A stretch of 64,000 bases of DNA from Thermoanaerobaculia bacterium (lineage in GTDB: Bacteria > Acidobacteriota > Thermoanaerobaculia > UBA5066): positions 2,080,001 to 2,144,000 of the forward strand of contig CAVRAY010000001.1 of the NCBI GenBank assembly GCA_963719225.1, given 5' to 3'. Positions within the stretch are counted from its first letter, which is position 1; every line of letters begins with the position of its first letter. The translations under genes were made by a program, and so were the position numbers. The notes under the pieces were generated by a model, which saw only the letters and a program-made list of their open reading frames with translations, ran no database searches and was not told the DNA's origin. Positions 29,939-37,693 of this stretch are shown piece after piece.

Positions 29939-30436
29939 TCAGCGCGCGGGGCGCGAAGTGCGAGCCGACGTCTTCTTGAGGCGAGCCCGGAGGTCGGCGG
30001 CCTCGACGGCGGCCATCGCGGCCTCGAAGCCCTTGTTCCCGCCCTTGGCGCCCGATCGTTCGAGCGCCTGTTCGAGCGTGTCGCACGTCAGGACGCCGAA
30101 CGCGACGGGAAGGTCGAGCTCCAGGGAAACCTGGAAGACGCCCTTCGCCGTCTCCCCCGCAACGTATTCGAAATGCGGTGTGCCGCCCCGGAGGACCGCG
30201 CCAAGAGCCACGAGCGCGTCGAACCGGCCGGAACGGGCGAGATCGCGGAGGGCGAGCGGAAGCTCCCACGCACCGGGCGCACGCACGAGAACGACGTCTT
30301 CGTCGGCGGCCCCGGTCCTCCGAAACGCGTCGAGGGCACCCTCGACCAGGCGCGAGACGACGAGGTCGTTCGTACGTGCCGCCACGACGCCGAAGCGCCG
30401 GCCCGCGGAGGAAAGATGCCCCTCGATCACGTTCAT
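29939..30436 (-). CDS. ribH: 6,7-dimethyl-8-ribityllumazine synthase
   Basis: PGAWELP, LGAVLRGGTPHFEYVA, FGVLT, GNKG. Confidence 0.95.
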   Translation of the reverse strand: MNVIEGHLSSAGRRFGVVAARTNDLVVSRLVEGALDAFRRTGAADEDVVLVRAPGAWELPLALRDLARSGRFDALVALGAVLRGGTPHFEYVAGETAKGVFQVSLELDLPVAFGVLTCDTLEQALERSGAKGGNKGFEAAMAAVEAADLRARLKKTSARTSRPAR

Positions 30437-30458
30437 CGGACCCAAGAGTGTATCAGCC

Positions 30459-31469
30459 TCAGCGCGCGGCGAGCTCGCTCACGCGCGCATGAGGTCCTTC
30501 GAAACCGAAATTCTCGCCGTAACGGGCGATGAAGTCGGCGATCCCATACCTGGGCGGCTGCGGGCCGAGGGCTTCGAGCGTGTAGACGGCGGCCACGCTT
30601 CCCACGCGGCCCGCGACCTCCCAGGGCAGACCGAGGTGGCGCGCCGCGAGAAGGCCGCCGCGAAACGCGTCTCCGACGCCCGTCGGATCCACCGCCGTGC
30701 CGCGGAGGCGGGCGGGCGGAATGCGGAACGTCGTGACGCCGTCGGGAGCCTCCGCCTGGCCGCCCCTCAGCGCGATCGTGGAGCCCTCGGCACCACGCGT
30801 CACGACGAGAACGGGCGCGTGCGAGAGCACCTCGGCTTCCGAGAGGCCGGTCTTCATCTCGATCACGCCGAACTCGTACTCGTTCGCGATGAGCATCGCG
30901 GCGCCTTGCAGCCCTGCGAGAAGGTCGTCGCCCGAAAGCCGCGCGACTTGCTGGCTGGGGTCGTATACGAATGCGATGCGGAGCTCCCGGCACTCCGTCG
31001 CGTACTTCGCCATCGCGACGGGATCGTTCGGCGAGATGATCGCGACGCTCACGCTGCTCGGCGAGAGTTCCCGGAAGGACAGCGTCGAGGCGCGTGCCAT
31101 GGCCCCGGTGTAGAAAGTCGCGATCTGGTTCTGTGCCTGATCGGTGGAGACGAAGAACGAGGCGGTGAAGAGATCGTCGCAAATGTGCAGGGCCGAAGTG
31201 TCGACTCCCTGCTCGGCGAGCCAGCGGCTGTAATCGAGCGCGTCGATACCTGCCGTCGCCATGACGAGCGGCCGGAGGCCGAGGAGCGCGAGCGTGTAGG
31301 CGATGTTCGGAGCTACGCCCCCCCGCACCTTGCGCATGGAATCCACGAGGAACGAGACCGAGAGTCGGTCCATGCGGTCGGGCACGACGACGTCGAGGAA
31401 CTTCCCCGGGAACGTCATGAGGTAGTCGTAGGCGACGGAGCCGGTGACGACGATGCGGCGAGCGGTCAT
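30459..31469 (-). CDS. PfkB-family carbohydrate/nucleoside kinase (adenosine kinase-like)
   Basis: TGSVAYD, GGVAPNIAY, DPSQQ, NEYE, DPTGVGDAFRGG; coupled to mtnP. Confidence 0.88.
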   Translation of the reverse strand: MTARRIVVTGSVAYDYLMTFPGKFLDVVVPDRMDRLSVSFLVDSMRKVRGGVAPNIAYTLALLGLRPLVMATAGIDALDYSRWLAEQGVDTSALHICDDLFTASFFVSTDQAQNQIATFYTGAMARASTLSFRELSPSSVSVAIISPNDPVAMAKYATECRELRIAFVYDPSQQVARLSGDDLLAGLQGAAMLIANEYEFGVIEMKTGLSEAEVLSHAPVLVVTRGAEGSTIALRGGQAEAPDGVTTFRIPPARLRGTAVDPTGVGDAFRGGLLAARHLGLPWEVAGRVGSVAAVYTLEALGPQPPRYGIADFIARYGENFGFEGPHARVSELAAR

Positions 31470-32368
31470 CTCTTTTCCTTGTTCAAAAGCAGCGCGAGCC
31501 GCTTCGAGGTGGCGGGAGCGATCCGGCCTCTCGGAGTGAGAACGGCGAAGTCGAGGGCGTTCGCGCAGTCGCTCGCGCGGCCGGGATCGAGGCGGCCGAC
31601 GGCGTTCGCGAGGACGCGATCCGCCGTGCCCGCGTTTTTCTTCAGGACGTCGAGGACGGCCTCGACCGAAACCGCCGCTCTTTCCTCGTGCCAGCAGTCG
31701 TAGTCCGTGACGAGCGCGATCGACGCGTAGCCGATGCCCGCCTCGCGGCACAGCTTAGCTTCGGTCGCGTTCGTCATGCCGATCACGTCTGCGCCCCAGG
31801 AGCGGTAGAGAAGCGACTCGGCCTTCGTCGAGAACTGGGGGCCCTCGATGCACACGTACGTCCCGCCCCGATGGCAAACGACGCCTTCGGCCCGGGCGGC
31901 CGCTTCGAGAGCGTCGACGAGCACGGCAGAAACCGGGTGCGCGAACGACACATGCCCCACGCAGCCGTCCCCGAAGAACGTCGAGATCCGGCGTTTGGTC
32001 AGGTCGATGAACTGTTCCGGCAGGACGATGTCGGTCGGCTCGTAGGCTTCCTTCATCGAGCCGCACGCCGACGCCGACAACAGCCATGAGCAGCCCAGCT
32101 TCCGGAATCCCCAGACGTTCGCGCGGTAGTTGATCTCGGAGGGGAGAAACGAATGATGCCGTCCGTGCCGGGCGAGAAACGCGACGGGGACCGAAGTGAG
32201 AGTCCCGAGAACGTAGGAGTCGGACGGGGCGCCGAAGGGCGTCGAAAGCCGCCGCTCCTCGAGGATCTTTAGACCAGGCAGGTTGTAGAGCCCCGAGCCG
32301 CCGATGAGGCCGATTCGCCTCTCCCCCCTCTTCCCTTTCGAAGAAATCTTCTTCTTCTCTTTCTTCAT
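31466..32368 (-). CDS. mtnP: S-methyl-5'-thioadenosine phosphorylase
   Basis: IGLIGGSG, TPFGAPS, RHGRHH..P..INYRAN, EGPQFSTKAES, GMT, TDYDCW. Confidence 0.93.
   Translation of the reverse strand: MKKEKKKISSKGKRGERRIGLIGGSGLYNLPGLKILEERRLSTPFGAPSDSYVLGTLTSVPVAFLARHGRHHSFLPSEINYRANVWGFRKLGCSWLLSASACGSMKEAYEPTDIVLPEQFIDLTKRRISTFFGDGCVGHVSFAHPVSAVLVDALEAAARAEGVVCHRGGTYVCIEGPQFSTKAESLLYRSWGADVIGMTNATEAKLCREAGIGYASIALVTDYDCWHEERAAVSVEAVLDVLKKNAGTADRVLANAVGRLDPGRASDCANALDFAVLTPRGRIAPATSKRLALLLNKEKR
32318..32366 (-). repeat. Purine-tract/GATTTCTTNGAAAGG motif copy forming the mtnP N-terminus
   Basis: GAAGAAAGAGAAGAA-GAAGATTTCTTCGAAAGGG-AAGAGGGGGGAGAGG; core 32351-32333; encodes KKEKKKISSKGKRGER. 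Confidence 0.82.
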
Positions 32369-33309
32369 CTTCCCCGCCCCATCTCCTCGAGGATGTCGAG
32401 CGCGAGCTCGAGCGCCGCGCGGCCGGCTGCGCCCGTCACTTCCGGCTCGCTGCGCTCGGCGCAGGCCTTCAGGAACGCGCCGTCCTCGGCGGTGAGCGGG
32501 TCCGCGGGCTCGACCGTCACGGGCCACGGCACGATGCGCGGCGGGCCGCTGAGCCGGTCGAGGCGGAAGGCCGTCACGTCGCGGTTCTGGGTGTCGATCG
32601 AGAAGTACCAGTCCGGCTGGAAGAAGCGGAATTTCCGCGTCTTGTCCTGCGAGACGCGCGAGGCAGTCAGGTTCGCCACGCAACCGCCCTCGAACGAAAG
32701 GCGAACCGAGGCGATGTCGATCTTCTCGCTCAGGATCGGCACGCCGACAGCCCGGATCTCCGTGACCGGCTTTCCCACGAGGTCGAGCGCGATGTCGAGG
32801 TCGTGGACGAGGAGGTCCAGGACGACGTCCACGTCGAGAGCGCGCGGCACGAAGACACCGAGCCGGTGGGCCTCGATGAACTTGACGTCCGTCACGAGGG
32901 GGCGCACCGCGGCCACCGCCGGATTGAAGCGCTCGATGTGCCCGACCTGCAGAACGCGCCCCTTTTCCCGCGCGAGAGCGACGAGGCGGTCGGCTTCGGC
33001 CAGAGTCACCGTGATCGGCTTCTCGACCATGACGTCGGCTCCGCCGGTGAGAAGCTCTTCGGCCACGCCGGCATGCGTGGAGGTCGGCGACGAGACGACG
33101 ACCGCCGTGGCGCCCGCGCTCAGGAGCTCCTTCACGGAGCGCCTCCGGACGAGCCCCTTCGACCCGTGCGCAGCCTCGATGGCGGACGCCGTGGCGTCGT
33201 CCGGCTCGACGAAGCCGACCGGGTCGGACCCGGCGAGCTCCGTGAGGATCCGCGCGTGGTGCCGGCCGAGATAGCCGCATCCCACGACGCCTGTCCGGAT
33301 TCTCGCCAT
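32365..33309 (-). CDS. Gfo/Idh/MocA oxidoreductase (possibly GnnA-like UDP-GlcNAc 3-dehydrogenase)
   Basis: GVVGCGYLG, VEKP, GHIERFNPA, DVVLDLLVHDLD, TASRVS. Confidence 0.85.
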   Translation of the reverse strand: MARIRTGVVGCGYLGRHHARILTELAGSDPVGFVEPDDATASAIEAAHGSKGLVRRRSVKELLSAGATAVVVSSPTSTHAGVAEELLTGGADVMVEKPITVTLAEADRLVALAREKGRVLQVGHIERFNPAVAAVRPLVTDVKFIEAHRLGVFVPRALDVDVVLDLLVHDLDIALDLVGKPVTEIRAVGVPILSEKIDIASVRLSFEGGCVANLTASRVSQDKTRKFRFFQPDWYFSIDTQNRDVTAFRLDRLSGPPRIVPWPVTVEPADPLTAEDGAFLKACAERSEPEVTGAAGRAALELALDILEEMGRGR

Positions 33310-33422
33310 GCGCGGCGCAGTCTAAGGGATGGTCCACGGCCGCAACATGATCAGTTGGAATCAATTGAGAGCCGGCGCCTTGCCCCGGCACGTGCTGACC
33401 GCGTAACCTCCGCGGCTTCTCC

Positions 33423-36416
33423 ATGAGCAGCCGCGACTGGAAATCCACGCTCCTCCTCCCGAAGACGGAGTTTCCGATGAAGGCGGACCTTCCGAGGCGG
33501 GAGCCCGCCCGGCTTGCCCGGTGGCAGGCGGAGGATCTCTACGGGAGGCTCCGGTCGGCGCGCGCGGGCGCTCCGCGTTTTCTGCTCCACGACGGACCGC
33601 CGTACGCGAACGGCAAGATTCACATCGGCACGGCGATGAACAAGATCCTGAAGGACCTCGTCGTGCGGACGAGGACCCTCGCGGGCCTCGACGCGCCCTA
33701 CGTGCCCGGCTGGGACTGCCACGGCCTGCCCATCGAGCTGAGCGTGGACAAGGAGCTGGGACCCAGGAAGCGCGAGATGTCCGACGTCGAGGTCCGCCAG
33801 GCCTGCCGGAAGTTCGCCGAAAAGTGGATCGACATTCAGCGCGCCGACTTCAAGCGCCTCGGGATCCTCGGCAGGTGGGACTCGCCTTATCGCACGATGG
33901 ACTTCTCCTACCAGGCCGAGATCGCGAAGGCCTTCGGCGGATTCGTGGACCGCGGACTCGTCACGTTCGGTTTCAAGAGCGTGCTCTGGTGCGTGCGCGA
34001 CCGGACCGCGCTCGCCGAAGCGGAGATCGAGTACGAGGATCGAACGGATCCATCCATCTACGTCGCGATGCCGCTGGATGAAGATTCCTCGAAAGGCGCG
34101 TGGCCGGGCCTCGCAGAGGCGGCCGGTGCGCCGCGCCTGTACGCCCTGATCTGGACCACGACGCCGTGGACGCTGCCCGCGAACAGGGCGATTACTCTTG
34201 GCAAGGAAATCGAATACATGTTTCTTAGAAGGGAATCCGAGCCAGGCGCCGCGTACATCGTCGCGGAAGCGCTCGTTCCGCAGGTGACGGCCACTCTCGG
34301 CTGGACGGACGCCTCCCCTATTCCCCTTTCTAAGAAAAGCGGCGAGGCGATTCGGGACGCCGGCCTCAAGTACAGGCGGCCGTTCGCCGAACCGTCCGAA
34401 ACCAATTTCGGATTTCTCCTCGGCGAGCACGTGTCGACGACCGACGGCACGGGCCTGGTGCACACGGCGCCCGGGCACGGCCGCGACGACTACGAGGTCG
34501 TGAGGCGGCACGGCTTCAAGGTCGACGATCCCTCCCTCTGCCCGGTCGACGAGGGCGGCTTCTACGACGTGAACGCACCGGAGTTCCTGCGCGGAAAAAG
34601 GGTGGTCATCCCGAAGACTCCCGACCAGAGCGCGAACGACGCCGTCCTGGCGGCGCTCGCCACGAGCCCGGCAGAGGCCGCTTCCTTCGCGGGACGTCCC
34701 GACAAGGATCACTCCGGCTCTCTCCTCCTTTCGAAGAAATCTCTCTCCCACTCCTATCCGCACTGCTGGCGGTGCAAGCAGCCCGTCATCTTCCGCGCGA
34801 CTCACCAGTGGTTCATCGATCTGCACGCGATCCGCGAGCAGGCGCTCCGTGAGATTCACGACCGCGTCCGTTGGGTGCCGCCCTTCGGCGAGAACCGCAT
34901 CGGCGCGATGGTCGAGAATCGCCTCGAGTGGGCGATCTCGCGCCAGCGCCGCTGGGGCTCTCCGATCACGTTCCTCCGGTGCGCGGACTGCAGGGAGAAG
35001 GGCGTGATCTCGCACTATCCCTCGGTCGAGGGAACGGTCGGAGAGAGAAAAAAGAAAGAAAGAGAAGATTTCTTTGAAAGGGTAAGAGGGACCTTCCGCG
35101 AGCACGGAGCGGACGCCTGGTACGACGACGCGTTCCCCCCGTCTTACTTTCTAAGAAAATCTTCCTCTTCTTCTTCGTCTTCCTCTGCTTCCTGCGCGCG
35201 GTGCGGCGGCAGCTCGTTCGAGAAGGTCAAGGACATCCTCGACGTCTGGTTCGACTCGGGGGTTTCGCACGCGGCCGTGCTCCGTTCGGGCGACTACGGG
35301 CTTCCGGATCCGTACACCTCCAAGCCCCCGACGCCGGTCGTCTACCTCGAAGGCCACGACCAGCATCGGGGCTGGTTCCAGTCGTCCCTCCTGACGTCCG
35401 TCGCTCTCACGGGCAGCGCGCCGTACGACGCCGTGATCACGCACGGCTTCGTCGTGGCGGGGGACGGCCGGAAGATGTCGAAATCGCTCGGAAACACGGT
35501 GGACCCGCACGACGTCATCAAGAAGGACGGCGCCGACGTGCTGCGGCTCTGGGTGGCCTCGCTCGACTACACGAACGACGATCCCGTCTCCGAGGAAATC
35601 CTCAAGCGCACGGCCGAGGCGTATCGCAAGATCCGCAATACGGCACGCTTCCTCCTGTCGAACCTCTTCGACTTCGACCCCGCGAAGGATTCCGTGGCGA
35701 AAGACCGGATCGAGCCGCTGGACCGGTACATCCTGGACGTAGCGGCGCGCGTCGCGGCGGATTGCCGGCAAGCGAACGAGGCATACGCGTTTCACGTCGG
35801 CGTGCGTCGCCTCCTCGAGTTCGTGACGTCGGATCTCTCCGCCTTCTGGTGCGACGTCCGGAAGGACGTCCTCTACATCCTCGCCGCGAACGATCCGGTC
35901 CGGCGCTCCGCGCAGACCGCCGCCCACCGCCTCGCCGAGACGATCGCGCTCGCCCTCTCACCCATCTGTCCGTTCACGGCCGAGGAAATCTGGGAAGCCA
36001 TCCCGGGGAATGCATCAGATCCGGCCGCGCTCTTCCTGAAGAGCTGGAACGACCTCGAGCTTCCCGAGATTTCTTCGCGTGAAAGAGAGGCGTGGGGACG
36101 CGTCCTCGCGCTTCGAGCGGAGTTCCTGCAGGGCCTCGAGCCGCTCCGGAGAGAGGGAAGAGTCGGTTCCGCTTCCCAGGCGACGGCGGTCGTGGGGCGA
36201 GGCGGTGCCGTCGACGAGGCGCTCGCCGCTCTTTCCTTCTCAGAAGAAAAGCTCGCTGACGTTCTTGGAACACCGTCGGTCGTGCGGGAGGGAGTGGCGG
36301 ATGCGATCGCCGTGCGTCCCGCCGAGGGCTCCAAGTGCCCGCGCTGCTGGCAGGTGCGCACGGACGTCGAGCCCGACGGAACCTGCGCGCGCTGCCGCCG
36401 TGTGGTTGGCGAGTAG
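33423..36416 (+). CDS. ileS: Isoleucine--tRNA ligase (type 1, C-terminal Zn finger)
   Basis: HDGPPYANG, HIGT, GWDCHGLPIE, WTTTPWT, GTGLVHTAPGHG, ISRQRRWG, KMSKSLGN, CPRCW...CARC; ileS-lspA synteny. Confidence 0.97.
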   Translation: MSSRDWKSTLLLPKTEFPMKADLPRREPARLARWQAEDLYGRLRSARAGAPRFLLHDGPPYANGKIHIGTAMNKILKDLVVRTRTLAGLDAPYVPGWDCHGLPIELSVDKELGPRKREMSDVEVRQACRKFAEKWIDIQRADFKRLGILGRWDSPYRTMDFSYQAEIAKAFGGFVDRGLVTFGFKSVLWCVRDRTALAEAEIEYEDRTDPSIYVAMPLDEDSSKGAWPGLAEAAGAPRLYALIWTTTPWTLPANRAITLGKEIEYMFLRRESEPGAAYIVAEALVPQVTATLGWTDASPIPLSKKSGEAIRDAGLKYRRPFAEPSETNFGFLLGEHVSTTDGTGLVHTAPGHGRDDYEVVRRHGFKVDDPSLCPVDEGGFYDVNAPEFLRGKRVVIPKTPDQSANDAVLAALATSPAEAASFAGRPDKDHSGSLLLSKKSLSHSYPHCWRCKQPVIFRATHQWFIDLHAIREQALREIHDRVRWVPPFGENRIGAMVENRLEWAISRQRRWGSPITFLRCADCREKGVISHYPSVEGTVGERKKKEREDFFERVRGTFREHGADAWYDDAFPPSYFLRKSSSSSSSSSASCARCGGSSFEKVKDILDVWFDSGVSHAAVLRSGDYGLPDPYTSKPPTPVVYLEGHDQHRGWFQSSLLTSVALTGSAPYDAVITHGFVVAGDGRKMSKSLGNTVDPHDVIKKDGADVLRLWVASLDYTNDDPVSEEILKRTAEAYRKIRNTARFLLSNLFDFDPAKDSVAKDRIEPLDRYILDVAARVAADCRQANEAYAFHVGVRRLLEFVTSDLSAFWCDVRKDVLYILAANDPVRRSAQTAAHRLAETIALALSPICPFTAEEIWEAIPGNASDPAALFLKSWNDLELPEISSREREAWGRVLALRAEFLQGLEPLRREGRVGSASQATAVVGRGGAVDEALAALSFSEEKLADVLGTPSVVREGVADAIAVRPAEGSKCPRCWQVRTDVEPDGTCARCRRVVGE
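34080..34096 (+). repeat. Motif core copy in ileS
   Basis: GAAGATTCCTCGAAAGG. Confidence 0.5.
34218..34339. repeat. Convergent motif pair in ileS
   Basis: + TTTCTTAGAAGGG 34221-34233; - TTTTCTTAGAAAGGGGAATAGGGGAGG 34338-34312. Confidence 0.62.
34718..34749 (-). repeat. Motif copy in ileS (antisense)
   Basis: GGGAGA-GAGATTTCTTCGAAAGG-AGGAGAGAG; core 34743-34727. Confidence 0.75.
35040..35191. repeat. Convergent motif pair in ileS (strongest example)
   Basis: + GAAGATTTCTTTGAAAGGGTAAGA (core 35064-35082) after a ~24 nt purine run; - GAAGATTTTCTTAGAAAGTAAGA (core 35164-35147) with a purine tail encoding poly-Ser. Confidence 0.85.
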
Positions 36417-36425
36417 AATCCAGAC

Positions 36426-36926
36426 GTGTCGCGCCGGCTCGTCTATTTCGGAATCTCGCTTGCCGTCGTGGCCCTGGACCAGATCACCAAGGCGATCGTG
36501 GCCGCGCGGATTCCGCTCCACGACACGATTCCCGTGATCCGGGGCTTCTTCGACCTCACGCACGTGAGGAATCGGGGCACCGCGTTCGGCCTCTTCGCGC
36601 TGACCGACTCGCCGGCACGCACGTTGATCCTCACGCTCGTGGCGGCGGGGGTCTTTCTCGGCGTCCTCGCGTGGTCGCTCACCTCGCCCGTCACGCACAC
36701 GCGTCTTCAGACCGCGCTCGCGCTCGTCCTGGGCGGCGCGGTGGGGAACCTGATCGACCGCGTTCGCTTTCAGTCGGTGACGGATTTCCTGCGTTTCTAC
36801 GTGGACCGGTGGGAGTGGCCGTCCTTCAACGTCGCCGACAGCGCGATCAGCGTGGGGGTCGCGCTCCTCGCGTGGGACATCTGGCGGCATCCGCAGAAAG
36901 AGCCCGAGACGTGCACCCAGAGCTGA
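36426..36926 (+). CDS. lspA: Lipoprotein signal peptidase II
   Basis: DQITK, NRGTAFG, GGAVGNLIDR, VTDF, FNVADSAI. Confidence 0.96.
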   Translation: MSRRLVYFGISLAVVALDQITKAIVAARIPLHDTIPVIRGFFDLTHVRNRGTAFGLFALTDSPARTLILTLVAAGVFLGVLAWSLTSPVTHTRLQTALALVLGGAVGNLIDRVRFQSVTDFLRFYVDRWEWPSFNVADSAISVGVALLAWDIWRHPQKEPETCTQS

Positions 36927-37693
36927 TCCACATCGGGAGCTTCGCTCTCCCGAGCTACGGCGTGATGATGGCGCTCGGGTTCATCGCGGCGTTGTGGCTC
37001 GTCAGAAGGCGCGCCCCCGCGTTCGGTGTCGCCCCGGATGCGGCCTCGGACATCGGCATCTGGCTCCTCCTCTCGGGCCTCGTGGGCGCGAAGCTCCTCC
37101 TCGTGATCGTGGAATGGCCGCAATACGTCTCGTCCTGGGGCGGCCTGAAAGACCTCGCACGCGCGGGCGGCGTTTTCTACGGAGGCCTGATCGGCGCGCT
37201 CGTGGCCACCGTCGTGCTCCTTCGCAGGCGCGAGATCCCGTTCTTCACCTTCGCCGATATCGCCGCGCCGGCCGTCGCGCTCGGACAGGCCCTCGGCCGC
37301 GTCGGCTGCCTCCTCGCCGGCTGTTGCTGGGGCCGCGAATGCGCGCTTCCCTGGGCGATCACCTTCACCGACCCGAAGGCGCACGAGAACGTCGGAGTCC
37401 CGCTCGACGTTCCCCTTCATCCGACCCAGGTCTACGAGGCCGTGGGCACGCTCGTCCTGTGCATCCTGCTCCTCGTCCTCGAGCGCCGCCGTTACTCGGG
37501 CGAGACGTTCGTACGCTATCTGTTCGGCTACGCGCTGCTCAGGTTCGTCATCGAGCTCTTCCGCGGCGACCCCCGCGGGTCGGTGTTCGGCGCGATGTCG
37601 ACGTCGCAGTTCATCGCTCTCTGCGGCGTGGCCGTGGCGGTCGTGCTCTGGGCCCTGCGCCGCAAAACGGCTCCGGCGCCCGCCGCCGCGTGA
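36911..37693 (+). CDS. lgt: Prolipoprotein diacylglyceryl transferase
   Basis: SYG, GGVFYGG, GRVGCLLAGCCWG, HPTQVYE, RFVIELFRGD; GTG start. Confidence 0.93.
   Translation: MHPELIHIGSFALPSYGVMMALGFIAALWLVRRRAPAFGVAPDAASDIGIWLLLSGLVGAKLLLVIVEWPQYVSSWGGLKDLARAGGVFYGGLIGALVATVVLLRRREIPFFTFADIAAPAVALGQALGRVGCLLAGCCWGRECALPWAITFTDPKAHENVGVPLDVPLHPTQVYEAVGTLVLCILLLVLERRRYSGETFVRYLFGYALLRFVIELFRGDPRGSVFGAMSTSQFIALCGVAVAVVLWALRRKTAPAPAAA

Noticed and set aside
33310-33422. T-box or other leader RNA upstream of ileS
   Set aside because: Only ~110 bp shared with a divergent gene; no T-box consensus or terminator visible.
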